Positions 9,172 through 19,043 of a stretch of DNA of 64,000 nt are shown here, one piece after another. A program made the translations under genes and the position numbers. The stretch is from positions 832,001-896,000 of the forward strand of contig NZ_JAQNDL010000002.1 of the NCBI RefSeq assembly GCF_028368995.1, given 5' to 3'. The notes below the pieces were generated by a model. That model did no database searches, was not told the origin of the DNA, and saw nothing but the letters and a program-made list of their open reading frames with translations. The stretch's first letter is position 1. Every line of letters begins with the position of its first letter. This stretch comes from Nannocystis bainbridge (GTDB taxonomy: Bacteria; Myxococcota_A; Polyangia; Nannocystales; Nannocystaceae).

Positions 9172-10932
9172 ATGGAGCCCACCGCGATCGCGCAGACGCT
9201 GGCGTGGTTGGCCGCGCGGCGCCGGCTGGGCGCAGGGTTGTTCGCGGCCGCGCTGGTGCTGTACTCGCCGACGCTGGGCGGCGGGCTGGTGCTCGACGAT
9301 GTCGCGCAGCAGGCGTTCATGCAGGCCAAGCTGGCGGGCGGCGAGCGCGACAAGCCGTGGTGGGCGCTGTTCCACCTGGTGACGCCGTCGCGCGAGCTGC
9401 TGGTCGGTCAGCGCACGGCGGGGCGCGTGCCGTGGTGGACGGATCCCGAGCTGCGCATCGTGTTCTTCCGCCCGCTCGCCAGCGCCGACGCCTACGTCGA
9501 CGCGATCGCGTGGCCGCGCACGCCGTGGTCGATGCACCTGCACGGGCTCGTGCTCTACGCGCTGCTGTGCGCGCTGGTGCTGCGGCTGTATCGCCGGATC
9601 GTCGGGCCGGAGGGGCAGGGGATCGCGGCGCTGGCGGCGATGATCTTCCTCGTCGATCCGACGCACGCGGCGCCGGTCGCCTGGATCGCGCAGCGCAACG
9701 CCGTGATCGCGGCGCTGTTGATGGTAGCGAGCGTGCTGGCGCACCTGCGCTGGCGCGAGGCGGGCCGAACGCGGTGGTTGTTCGTCGGGCTGGCGTGGTT
9801 GCTGGCGGCGCTGCTGGCGGCGGAGGTCGCGGTGACGGGGCTGGCGCTGGTGATCGCGTACGCGTGGACACTGGATCGGGGCGGGCGCCGGCGCGGGCTG
9901 CTCGCGGCGGCGCCCGCTCTCGTGCTGGTCGCGAGCTACGTGCTCGCGTACGGGGCGCTGGGCTTCGGCGCGCGCGGCTCGGGGGCGTACCTCGATCCGC
10001 TGGGCGATCCGTGGCCGTTCCTGGCGGCGCTGCCGGGGCGCGTGGCCTACCTGATCGCCGCCGCGCTGGCGCTGCCGATGCCGCTGGTGTGGCGCGTGTG
10101 GGGCAGCCCGACGCCCGAGGCCTGGCCGCTGCAGCTGTGCGGGGCGGTGGTTTTTATCTGGCTCTTGCGACATGTCCTCGGGGGCAGGACCGATCCGCGG
10201 CTGAGGTTCGCGGCGCTGGCGTTCTTGCTGGCGCTGGTGCCGATCGCCGCGGCGCCGGCGGACGAGCGCTTGCTGCTGCTGGCGAGCGTGCCGGGGGCGC
10301 TGTGGCTGGCGCTGGTGATCATGGAGTTCGCGCGCTCGGCCCGGCGGACGCTGCGTGCGGTGGCGCTGATGCTGGCGGCGGTGCACGTGGCGCTCGCGCC
10401 GGTGGCGTTGATGGTCGCGTTCGCCGGGCAGGAGGGGCTGAGCTTCGGTGGTTCGGCGCTGCCGCTGGCGCCGACGCTGGCGAACGAGGCGCTCGGGCAT
10501 CAGACGCTGCTGGTGGTGCAGGCGCCGACGACGCTGCAAGCGGCGATGCTGCCGCTCGCGCGCGGGCAGGTCGGGCTGTCGGTGCCGCGGTTCTCGTTCG
10601 TGCTGAGCAGCAGCGAGGCGCCGTCGAGGTGGACGCGCACGGGGCCGCGCACGTTCGTGCTCGAGCAACCGGAGGGGCTGCTGCGCGATGCGACGGCGGC
10701 GTTCTTCCGCAGCCCGACGGCGCGGCTGCGGCCGGGCGAGGCGGTGACGACGCTGGCGTTCCGCGCCGAGGTCCTGGCCGTCACGCGCGACGGCTACCCG
10801 TCGCAGGTGCGCTTCGAATTCGCGGCCGATCCGGAGCACCACAGCGTCTGCTTCGCGACCTGGGACGGGCGCGAGTTCGTGGCGCTGCGGCAGCCGACGG
10901 TGGGGGAGAGTGTGATGTTGGCCGGTCGCTGA
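9172..10932 (+). CDS. Polytopic membrane protein, GT-C/PMT-like glycosyltransferase
   Basis: LVLDD after TM1, FFRPL, HAAPVAWIAQRN, ERLL motifs. Confidence 0.6.
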   Translation: MEPTAIAQTLAWLAARRRLGAGLFAAALVLYSPTLGGGLVLDDVAQQAFMQAKLAGGERDKPWWALFHLVTPSRELLVGQRTAGRVPWWTDPELRIVFFRPLASADAYVDAIAWPRTPWSMHLHGLVLYALLCALVLRLYRRIVGPEGQGIAALAAMIFLVDPTHAAPVAWIAQRNAVIAALLMVASVLAHLRWREAGRTRWLFVGLAWLLAALLAAEVAVTGLALVIAYAWTLDRGGRRRGLLAAAPALVLVASYVLAYGALGFGARGSGAYLDPLGDPWPFLAALPGRVAYLIAAALALPMPLVWRVWGSPTPEAWPLQLCGAVVFIWLLRHVLGGRTDPRLRFAALAFLLALVPIAAAPADERLLLLASVPGALWLALVIMEFARSARRTLRAVALMLAAVHVALAPVALMVAFAGQEGLSFGGSALPLAPTLANEALGHQTLLVVQAPTTLQAAMLPLARGQVGLSVPRFSFVLSSSEAPSRWTRTGPRTFVLEQPEGLLRDATAAFFRSPTARLRPGEAVTTLAFRAEVLAVTRDGYPSQVRFEFAADPEHHSVCFATWDGREFVALRQPTVGESVMLAGR

Positions 10933-11131
10933 GAGCGCCGAACGAAGCTCCGCGGCGGCGGCGCAGGGCTGCCGGCGCGGAACCGGCCCGCGGGCGCAGG
11001 CCCGCGCAGACGGAGGCGACGGCGGCTGCTTGTCGCCGCGACCACGGCAGCGGTACCGTCAGCGTGGTGGCGCGAGCCACTCCGGCGGGAGCCGGGACCT
11101 TCGCCCTGACGGGCAGACACGAGGGGATGTG

Positions 11132-11647
11132 ATGAACGAGAGGCTGAACCAGCTCGGGCAGGCCGCGCAGCGGCTCAACGAGGGATCCGACCAGCTCAAC
11201 GCGTTGATCTCGGCGATCGACAAGGCGCTCGGTCGGTTGATGATCGGGATGGACTACGTGCACCCGCGGCCGCTGCAGGAGTCGATGTCGATCGGCCGCG
11301 ACGGCAAGCGAGTGATCGAGCTCGGGTTCCTCGGCTACCTCCGCGTCCAGGGCGAGTACCACCTCGTCATCAAGACGGTGAAGATCCTCGAGTCGAAGAT
11401 CGCGCTGGCCTCGGAGACGCCGGGCAACGTGATCCCGCTGCTGCAGGCGCCGCGCGTGCTCCGACACGCCGCCGTCGACCTGTTCCCCGAGCTGATCCAG
11501 GTGCTCTCGAATCAGGTCGGCGACCTGGTGGCGCAGATGGAGCGCCGCTGCACCACCGCGAAGGGCCTGCTCGAGCAGCTCGAGGGCCTGGAGGCCCAGA
11601 TCTCGGCCGTCCGCGAGACGCTGAGCGCGGAGGCGGCGGGCTCCTGA
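11132..11647 (+). CDS. Hypothetical coiled-coil protein
   Basis: GAGGGG RBS, strong GC3 codon bias. Confidence 0.75.
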   Translation: MNERLNQLGQAAQRLNEGSDQLNALISAIDKALGRLMIGMDYVHPRPLQESMSIGRDGKRVIELGFLGYLRVQGEYHLVIKTVKILESKIALASETPGNVIPLLQAPRVLRHAAVDLFPELIQVLSNQVGDLVAQMERRCTTAKGLLEQLEGLEAQISAVRETLSAEAAGS

Positions 11648-11714
11648 AGCCATCAGGGGGCCGCTGCGCGGCTGTCCTCGCCGAAAGCGGGCGAAGCGTG
11701 CTATAGGCGCCGCG

Positions 11715-13760
11715 ATGCCGCGTCGCGTCCTCGTCACCGCCGCCCTCCCGTACGCCAACGGTTCGCCCCACCTCGGGCACCTGCTCGAGTACATCCAGAC
11801 CGACGTCCACGTGCGGGCGCGCCGGCTCGCCGGCGAGGACGTGATCTTCATGTGGGCGGTCGACACCCACGGCACGCCGATCGAGCTGCGGGCCCGGCGT
11901 GAGGGCATCGACCCGGCCGAGCTGGTGACGCGCATGCACGCCGAGCACGAGCAGGTCTATCGCGACTTCGGCATCGAGCCCGACATCTTCTACACCACGC
12001 ACTCGGACGAGACCCGCAAGCACGCCGAGTTCATCTACGAGAAGATGCAGGCCGCCGGGCAGATCGAGAAGCGCAGCACCCGGCAGCTCTACTGTCCCAA
12101 AGACCAGATGTTCCTGCCGGACCGGTTCGTCAAGGGGACGTGCCCGTACTGCAGCTCGGCCGACCAGTACGGCGACGTCTGCGAGAAGTGTGGCCACACG
12201 TACAACCCGACCGAGCTCAAGGAGCCGCACTGTGCGATCTGCGGGACGACCCCGGAGCTGCGCGACTCGGAGCACCTGTTCGTGTCGCTCGGCCGCTTCG
12301 AGGGCTTCCTGCGCGAGTGGCTCAATGCCACCAAGCTGCAGCCGGCGGTCCGCAACTACGTGATGCGGTGGGTCGACGACGGCCTGCGCGACTGGGACAT
12401 CTCGCGCGACGCGCCCTACTTCGGGTTCTCGATCCCCGGCTACGAGGGCAAGAAGTTCTTCTACGTGTGGTTCGACGCGCCGGTCGGCTACATCGGCGCG
12501 ACCCAGAAGTGGTGCGACGAGCACCCCGAGCGGGCCGCGTTCGCGTCGTACTGGCACGCCGATCAGAGCCAGGATACCGAGATCGTCCACGTCATCGGCA
12601 AGGACATCGTCTACTTCCACACGCTGTTCTGGCCGGCGATGCTGCACGCGGCCGGCTACACCACGCCGACGCGGATCAACGTGCACGGGTGGCTGACGGT
12701 CAACGGCGAGAAGATGTCGAAGGCCCGCGGGACGTTCATCCTGGCCCGCACGTACCTCGACCACCTGCCGGCCGACTACCTCCGCTACTACTTCGCGGCC
12801 AAGCTCGGGCCGGAGCAGGACGACATCAACCTCGACATGGCGGACTTCCGCGCCCGCGTGAACGCCGACCTGGTCGACAAGGCGGCCAACGTCGCCAGCC
12901 GCTGTCACAAGTTCATCGTCGGTCGGCTCGAAGGCAAGCTCGGCCCGATCCCCGACGACGCGCTGCCGCTGATCGAGCGGGCCCGCGAGCGCCTGGCCCA
13001 GGTGCCGGGGCTGTTCGCCGAGTTCGAGTCGGCCAAGGCGCTGCGCCTGGCGATCGAGATCGCCGAGGAGTTCAACGGCTACATCACGGTGCAGGAGCCG
13101 TGGAAGGTGATCGCCAAGGACCCCGAGCGCGCGCGGGCGGTCTGCACCGCGGGCATGTGGGCGAGCAAGGTGATCGCGGCGATCCTCAAGCCGGTGCTGC
13201 CGAAGTGGGCGGCGGTGATGGAGGAGGGCCTGCAGCTGCCGGCGCCGCTCGACTTCGTCAACGCGATCGAGCCGCTGCCGGAGGGGCTGGTGATGGGGGC
13301 GTACGTGACGCTGGCGGAGCGCATCGACCCCAAGACGCTCGAGGCGATCATCGAGGCCAGCAAGGAGACGATGGGCGGCGCGGCCCCGGCCGCTCCGGAG
13401 ACCCCGGCGTACACGGTCGAGCCGCTGGCGGCCGAGTCCAGCATCGAGGCGTTCTCGCCGGTCGACCTCCGCGTCGGCAAGGTGCTGGCGGCGGCGCGCG
13501 TGAAGGGCTCCGACAAGCTGCTGCAGCTGACGATCGACCTCGGGCCGCTCGGTCAGCGCAACATCTTCAGCGGCATCGCCCCGTCGTACGCGCCGGAGCA
13601 GATGGTCGGCAAGCACGTGGTGGTGTTCGCCAACCTGAAGCCGCGCAAGATGCGGTTCGGCGTCAGCGAGGGCATGGTGCTCGCGTCGGGAGCGAAGGAC
13701 GACGCGATCACGGTGCTCGAGCTCGACCCGCGCAGCCTGCCGGGCGAGAAGATCAGCTGA
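11715..13760 (+). CDS. metG: Methionine--tRNA ligase with C-terminal tRNA-binding domain
   Basis: ALPYANGSPHLGH, zinc knuckles, YVWFDAP, IGKDI, KMSK. Confidence 0.97.
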   Translation: MPRRVLVTAALPYANGSPHLGHLLEYIQTDVHVRARRLAGEDVIFMWAVDTHGTPIELRARREGIDPAELVTRMHAEHEQVYRDFGIEPDIFYTTHSDETRKHAEFIYEKMQAAGQIEKRSTRQLYCPKDQMFLPDRFVKGTCPYCSSADQYGDVCEKCGHTYNPTELKEPHCAICGTTPELRDSEHLFVSLGRFEGFLREWLNATKLQPAVRNYVMRWVDDGLRDWDISRDAPYFGFSIPGYEGKKFFYVWFDAPVGYIGATQKWCDEHPERAAFASYWHADQSQDTEIVHVIGKDIVYFHTLFWPAMLHAAGYTTPTRINVHGWLTVNGEKMSKARGTFILARTYLDHLPADYLRYYFAAKLGPEQDDINLDMADFRARVNADLVDKAANVASRCHKFIVGRLEGKLGPIPDDALPLIERARERLAQVPGLFAEFESAKALRLAIEIAEEFNGYITVQEPWKVIAKDPERARAVCTAGMWASKVIAAILKPVLPKWAAVMEEGLQLPAPLDFVNAIEPLPEGLVMGAYVTLAERIDPKTLEAIIEASKETMGGAAPAAPETPAYTVEPLAAESSIEAFSPVDLRVGKVLAAARVKGSDKLLQLTIDLGPLGQRNIFSGIAPSYAPEQMVGKHVVVFANLKPRKMRFGVSEGMVLASGAKDDAITVLELDPRSLPGEKIS

Positions 13761-13966
13761 GAGGCGACGGCCGAGAGCGGCATCGACGAAGGTCGGTGCC
13801 GCTCGCTCACGCTGTGAGCGAATCACATGTCCCGAGAGGCAGCTCGCCGGGCGAGGAGAGCAGGCCGGAGCATCGCCGTCGGGATACGGCATCTGCGAAG
13901 GCGGGGTGCCGCTCGCGCGCGCTCGCGGGCAGAAGGGCGTGAGCGACTCGCGGTCTCAGGCGCGGG

Positions 13967-14356
13967 TCACGAGTAGCCGCCCCAGCAGAAATCGAGCACG
14001 CGGCCGAGGCCGTTGGCCTCGCAGAAGTTGTGCGCGGCCGGGTCACAGGCGCCGTTGTCGAGCAGGCCGAGGTCCCAGCGGCGCACGCCGGAGCCGCTGC
14101 ACTGGACCAGGCAGACGTCGTCGTTGTCGACGCGGGCGCACTCGGTGTCGCCGCACGCGTGACACTGCGGGGCCGGCAGCAGGGCGGCGTCGCCGAGCGC
14201 GGCCAGGCGGCGGGCCGGCAGCTGGGCGGCCGACTTCGGTTCGGGGGTGTGGATGATGGGGCCGTCCGGATCGGTGGGCCCGGGGCCGGGCGTACAGCCG
14301 CCGATCCAGGAGACCGCCACGATCCAGACGATGAGGCGGGGAGGCGGGGTTCGCAT
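13967..14356 (-). CDS. Small Cys-rich lipoprotein
   Basis: GGAGGA RBS, lipobox IGGC, paired cysteines. Confidence 0.65.
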   Translation of the reverse strand: MRTPPPRLIVWIVAVSWIGGCTPGPGPTDPDGPIIHTPEPKSAAQLPARRLAALGDAALLPAPQCHACGDTECARVDNDDVCLVQCSGSGVRRWDLGLLDNGACDPAAHNFCEANGLGRVLDFCWGGYS

Positions 14357-14515
14357 GGGGATTCCTCCGCCGGGAGTTGTGATCCGGGTCCGGCGGGCGA
14401 ACAAGTCAAAAGGTCGTATCGCGCGCGCTGCGCCCGCTGGGCCTGGCTTTAAATGCATGTGCGATCGGACATGTCCCGAAGGACCTGGCCGATCGCACAT
14501 CCGCGCGGACGCCGT

Positions 14516-15322
14516 TCAGTTGACCGAGACCGCCGGGGTGCCGCCGAAGAAGCGCTCCTCGAGGGCGGCCAGGCGGGAGCCGACGCGGCCCTCGCCGGCG
14601 ATCCCGCGCAGGCGCGAGAACACGCGGGCTGCGGTCCGCTCGGCCAGGCCGCGCACGCGGTAGCGCCAGCTCGAGCGCTCGGCGGCGCTGCCGATCAGGA
14701 CCTGCAGCGAGCCGAGCAGCTCGTGCTCGACGCGATCGACGAGCGGGGTCAGGTCGGGCTTGTCGTGGGTGACGTTGAAGTGGATGAGGTCGGTCAGGGC
14801 GGCGCACACCTGGGTGCGGGCGGCCCGGAACCGCTCGGGCTGGTCGCCGAGGTCGGCGTGGATGCCGTCGGCCAGCGCCTGGATGAAGCCGCGCAGGTTC
14901 TGCTCGGCGTCGCGGAGGTGGGGGGCGTCGCGGAGGTCGCGGCGGAGCTCGCCGAGCTCGGCCAGCAGGTCGGCCGCGATGTGGAAGCTGTCGAGGGCGC
15001 GCACCGAGGGGGTGCCCGGCGGCAAGGCGCGGTCGAAGCGGAGCCGCGGGCGCTTGGCCGAGACCTCGGCGTCGCTGTCGCCGTCGTCGAAGTGGTCCTC
15101 CTGGGCGTCGGTCGCCTGGGCCTCGGCCTCGGCCTCGGCGCCCTCGGCCGCGACCTCGTCGTCGCCGTGGCCGCTGTACTTGCCCGACATGAGGTCGTCG
15201 CGGTCGATGAGCCAGCGCGAGCCGACGCGGCGGGCGGGCAGGCGCCCAGTCTGGGCCATGTGCCGCACGGTGCGCTCGCTCTTGCCGAGCAGATCGGCGG
15301 CGTCCTTGATCGAGATCTCCAT
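14516..15322 (-). CDS. Excisionase-like HTH_17 domain fused to a four-helix-bundle domain
   Basis: AGGAGG RBS; 'ISIKDAADLLGKSERTVRHMAQTGRLPARRVGSRWLI', acidic linker, helical C-domain. Confidence 0.75.
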   Translation of the reverse strand: MEISIKDAADLLGKSERTVRHMAQTGRLPARRVGSRWLIDRDDLMSGKYSGHGDDEVAAEGAEAEAEAQATDAQEDHFDDGDSDAEVSAKRPRLRFDRALPPGTPSVRALDSFHIAADLLAELGELRRDLRDAPHLRDAEQNLRGFIQALADGIHADLGDQPERFRAARTQVCAALTDLIHFNVTHDKPDLTPLVDRVEHELLGSLQVLIGSAAERSSWRYRVRGLAERTAARVFSRLRGIAGEGRVGSRLAALEERFFGGTPAVSVN

Positions 15323-15537
15323 AGAGGTCCTCCTGTGTGCCGGCACTCTAACCGAAGTCGGATCAGGCGCCGCAAAAACGGCAAAAACTTTGCCGGTTGC
15401 GGCAGCGACCCTTGCCGTTTCTGGATCCAGCGGCCAGTCTCCCGACCGTGCGAAAGCCGGAGCATCAGTGGGAGACGCGCTGTTTCGTGGCCGTCCGGGC
15501 GCCGTCGGTGCCGCCGCCACACGCGGCCGAAGAAGGG

Positions 15538-16545
15538 GTGCAGGCGTTCGAGCTGCGGCCGCGTGACGGCGGGGCCGCGCAAGTCGCGGTGTTCTCGCTG
15601 GGTCGGCAGACGCTGCCCCGGGCCGCGGTCGAGGCGGACCCGGACCTGCTCCACGCGGCCCGCGCCTGGCTGGCGGCGCGGGGCTCCCGGCAGCTTCAAG
15701 CAGTGGATGAAGCAGGCAGGCTCATCGCCTCGGAACGATTCAATTTGTCGGATCTCGGTTCCCGTGCGAGCGAGGCTGTCCGTAAGGTCATCACGCTGGC
15801 GCCCTCGAACGCCGAGCTGGTGGCGAGCCTGGGCTGCTTCGAGCGCGTGATCGCGTGCGAGGACTCGTCGGACTCGCCGCCGGAGACGGCGAACTGCGAG
15901 CGGCTGGGCCCGGACCTCGGGCCGGATCTGGACCGCGTGGCCGAGCTACGACCTGACCTTGTGTTCAGCTCGCTCTCGGTGCCGGGGATGGAGCGGATCG
16001 TCACCGGGCTGCGCGCGCGAGGGGTGCCGCAGCGGGTGCTGGCGCCGCGCTCGGTGGCCGACGTGATGGCGGAGGTGCGGCTGGCGGGGGCGGACCTGGC
16101 GGTGCCAGACCGCGCCGAAGCAGTGGTGGCGGCGATGGAGGCGGAGGCGGCGGCGCTGCGCGAGGCCCGGCCGCCGCGCGCGGCGAGGGTCTATCTCGAG
16201 TGGTGGCCGCGGCCGATGTTCACGCCGGGGGCGGCGTGCTTCAGCAACAACCTCATCGAGCTGGCGGGGGGGATCAATGTGTTCGCCGATCGCCCGGGCG
16301 CGAGCGTGGAGATCACGGCGGCGGAGCTGGTGGCTGCCGACCCGGATATCTGCTTCGTGTCGTGGTGCGGCGTGGCGGTGGAGAAGCTGGACCCGGACAA
16401 CTTGATCCGTCGCCCGGGGCTCGAGGAACTGCGAGCGGCTCGCGCCGGTCGAGTGGTCCGCCTCGACGAACGCTACTCGGGTCGACCAGGGCCGCTCATG
16501 CTCGAGGCGGCTCGCATCATGGCGCGCGCGATCGCCAGTCTGTGA
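15538..16545 (+). CDS. BtuF-like cobalamin/iron-complex binding protein with N-terminal extension
   Basis: VITLAPSNAELVASLG, LRPDLV, VYLEWWPRP, LIELAGGINVF, RPGP; start uncertain. Confidence 0.8.
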   Translation: MQAFELRPRDGGAAQVAVFSLGRQTLPRAAVEADPDLLHAARAWLAARGSRQLQAVDEAGRLIASERFNLSDLGSRASEAVRKVITLAPSNAELVASLGCFERVIACEDSSDSPPETANCERLGPDLGPDLDRVAELRPDLVFSSLSVPGMERIVTGLRARGVPQRVLAPRSVADVMAEVRLAGADLAVPDRAEAVVAAMEAEAAALREARPPRAARVYLEWWPRPMFTPGAACFSNNLIELAGGINVFADRPGASVEITAAELVAADPDICFVSWCGVAVEKLDPDNLIRRPGLEELRAARAGRVVRLDERYSGRPGPLMLEAARIMARAIASL

Positions 16546-16599
16546 TCGCGGCGCGCCGATTTTTTGCGGCGGCGATCGAGGTGTGTAAAGGCTGCACCC

Positions 16600-16887
16600 A
16601 TGGTGTCGCTCGAACCGCAGGTCGCTCGCCTCGTCGATGAACTCGCGCAGTACCACGGCCATCGCACGCTCTGGCTCGATCGCCGCGGATACCTGTGCCA
16701 CTCCGAACCGGAAGATGATTTCGAAGACATCGGCTACCAGTACGTGGCGACGCTGATGCAGCCGACCGGCGAGGTGCTTCGCTCGACGATCATGCACTTC
16801 GCGGCGCGACGCGCGGCGCGCGTGGGCGCTTGCCCGGTCCCGGGGGCGTTCCACATGCACCCGGTGCCGGTGCTGATGGCGATCTGA
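16600..16887 (+). CDS. Hypothetical protein
   Basis: Coding-like codon usage; no family recognised. Confidence 0.6.
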   Translation: MVSLEPQVARLVDELAQYHGHRTLWLDRRGYLCHSEPEDDFEDIGYQYVATLMQPTGEVLRSTIMHFAARRAARVGACPVPGAFHMHPVPVLMAI

Positions 16888-17041
16888 CCTTCGGGTCAGG
16901 TGGGGCGCCGTGCTGGCGCTCCGGTGGATGGATATAGGAGCCAGCTGGATGGACATGGTCTTTGGGCCATGTTCGTTCTTTTGCTCGATGAGCCGGTCGG
17001 CGAGGGCGGGGGCTTCGCGAATTGCCGACTGCGCCTCGCGG

Positions 17042-17143
17042 GGGGTCCGGGGAAGGGTCGGCGACGAGTTCAGCGTCTGGATGGACGCTCGTTCCTCGCG
17101 GCCATCCTGCCTCGTATTCGTCGCCGACCCTTCCCCGAACCCC
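17042..17143. repeat. Long imperfect inverted repeat (REP/MITE-like hairpin)
   Basis: GGGGTCCGGGGAAGGGTCGGCGACGAGT pairs with ATTCGTCGCCGACCCTTCCCCGAACCCC. Confidence 0.75.
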
Positions 17144-17330
17144 TGCACGGCTGCAGCCGTGAGAGGCCGACCCGGCGCCCGGGCTTCGGCTGGGATGTCC
17201 TCCGGGACAGGTGTGTCGGCGCCTGTTCGACGGCCAGGGCTGGCCGCCGAACAGACGCTTTCTCGCGGGGGTCCTGCGCCGTGTCTCGATGCGCGGAGAG
17301 GCTCGGCGGTCCGCGGCGGTGTGAGCGTCG

Positions 17331-17529
17331 AGCTTCTCGGACGCGCTCCCTGTTCGAGCAAACCGAGGACGGCGTTCACGCCGCGCTGTGGGCTCGCTCG
17401 AGTGCACGGCGTCACGACGGGTGAGAGCTTCTCGGACGCGCTCCCTGTTCGAGCAAACCGAGGACGAAGCTCACGCCGCGCGGTGGGCTCGCTCGAGTGC
17501 ACGGCGTCACGACGGGTGAGAGCTTCTCG
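17331..17529. repeat. 95-bp tandem repeat (2 copies plus start of a third)
   Basis: AGCTTCTCG at 17331, 17426, 17521; units nearly identical. Confidence 0.9.
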
Positions 17530-17593
17530 CTCACGAGCGCCGTGGAGACGTCGGGGCGGGAGGTCGGCGTGGGCGCCGAGGCTGGCTTTTGGG

Positions 17594-18961
17594 TCAGGCG
17601 CGGGCGCGGCGGCGTCGCAGGCCGGCGAGGGTGAGGAGCAGGGCGAGAGCAGGGGCGGGTTCGACGGGGGAGCGGCAGCCGCAGCCGCTGGTGGTGTCGG
17701 TGCCGGCGGTGGCGCTGTCGCTGCTGTCGTCGCTGCTGGTGCTGCTGCCGGTTGAGGTGGTGGGGTCGGTGGTGCCGGGGCCGACAGTGGTGGGGTCGGT
17801 CGGACCGGTGGGGTCGGGGTTCGTGGGGTCGGTGCCGGTGTCGTCGCCGCCGGTGCTGGTGCCGGCCTCGCAGAACACGCCGGGGCGGATCGGGTCGGCG
17901 CTGGCGGTGCGGTTGAGGATGTTGGCGCGGCCGCGGGTCTGGCCGACCCACATGTCGATCGAGCGATCGACGATCTCGTCGATGAGGAGGTACTCCTCCT
18001 CGCACAGGACCTCGCCGGGGCGCTTGACGAGGACGAAGGAGATGCCGAACTCGTTGGGGGCGTCGGGGTAGGCGGGGACGCGTTCGCCTTCGGTCTGGAT
18101 GACTTCGTCGATGGTGATGTCGCGCCGGGTGCCGCGGACGGTGAAGCTGTCGGCCTTAAAAAGGAAGGCGTTGGGCTCGGGACAGGCCTGGTCGGGGAGG
18201 TTGGAGTCGAAGCAGTCGTGCGGGTCGTCGATCACGAACCACGGCTTGACCTCGGAGGGATCCAGGAGACCCATGAGGTAGAGATCGAGGTCGCTGAACT
18301 CGAACTGATCGAGCTTGGCGGCGGTGAAGCTGCCGTCGCCGTTGTCGGTCCAGCGGTGGCCCTCGACCGGCGAGCCGCCCGTGTGCATGTAGAAGTTCCA
18401 GTGGGCCTGCGAGCGCCCGAGCAGCAGCTTGGCGTCGGCGCCGGCGACGTGCGGGAAGGCGAGCCAGGCGTGGCCGAGCTCCTGGCCGAACACGAGCGAG
18501 ATCCACCAGTCGTCGATCTCCTGGGTGCCGAGCTTGATGAACTTCCGCCAGTTGTTCATGTGCAGCATGCCGATGAACTGGCTGTTCGGCGTGTCGTCGA
18601 AGAACTCGGCGGGGATCACCGGATCGAAGTCGGCGGCGTGGCTGTAGCCGATGCCGGCGACGTCGTTGGCGAGCGACTGATAAAAGGCGCCGACGCCCTG
18701 GACGAGATCGAAGGTGGAGTAGACGACGATGAACTGGGCGTCGTCAGGGTGCGCGGCGAGGAAGCCGTCCTCGAGCGGGTAGTAGCCGGCGTAGAAGCCG
18801 TCGCGCGAGAACCAGTTGGCGTGCTCGACGGTGCCGTCGTCGTCGAACACCATGAAGTTCCGTCGCTGCTCGACGAACTGGACCGGCCCGGCGTGGGCGC
18901 TGCCGGCGAGGACGAGGTCGAGGACGAGGACGAGCGGCGCGACGGGAGCGAGGCGGGGCAC
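17594..18961 (-). CDS. MYXO-CTERM surface protein with metallopeptidase-like domain
   Basis: Signal peptide, QELGH..HW motif, Thr-rich stalk, GCGC-TM-RRRR C-terminus. Confidence 0.8.
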   Translation of the reverse strand: MPRLAPVAPLVLVLDLVLAGSAHAGPVQFVEQRRNFMVFDDDGTVEHANWFSRDGFYAGYYPLEDGFLAAHPDDAQFIVVYSTFDLVQGVGAFYQSLANDVAGIGYSHAADFDPVIPAEFFDDTPNSQFIGMLHMNNWRKFIKLGTQEIDDWWISLVFGQELGHAWLAFPHVAGADAKLLLGRSQAHWNFYMHTGGSPVEGHRWTDNGDGSFTAAKLDQFEFSDLDLYLMGLLDPSEVKPWFVIDDPHDCFDSNLPDQACPEPNAFLFKADSFTVRGTRRDITIDEVIQTEGERVPAYPDAPNEFGISFVLVKRPGEVLCEEEYLLIDEIVDRSIDMWVGQTRGRANILNRTASADPIRPGVFCEAGTSTGGDDTGTDPTNPDPTGPTDPTTVGPGTTDPTTSTGSSTSSDDSSDSATAGTDTTSGCGCRSPVEPAPALALLLTLAGLRRRRARA

Positions 18962-19043
18962 GAGGGCAGGATAGAAGCAGTTGCGCGGACTCCCAAGCCC
19001 ATAACGTGCCCGGGCGGCGCGAGACGCCGGCCGCGCCGCGACG

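Noticed and set aside
17331-17529. CRISPR array
   Set aside because: Whole 95-bp unit is duplicated; no unique spacers
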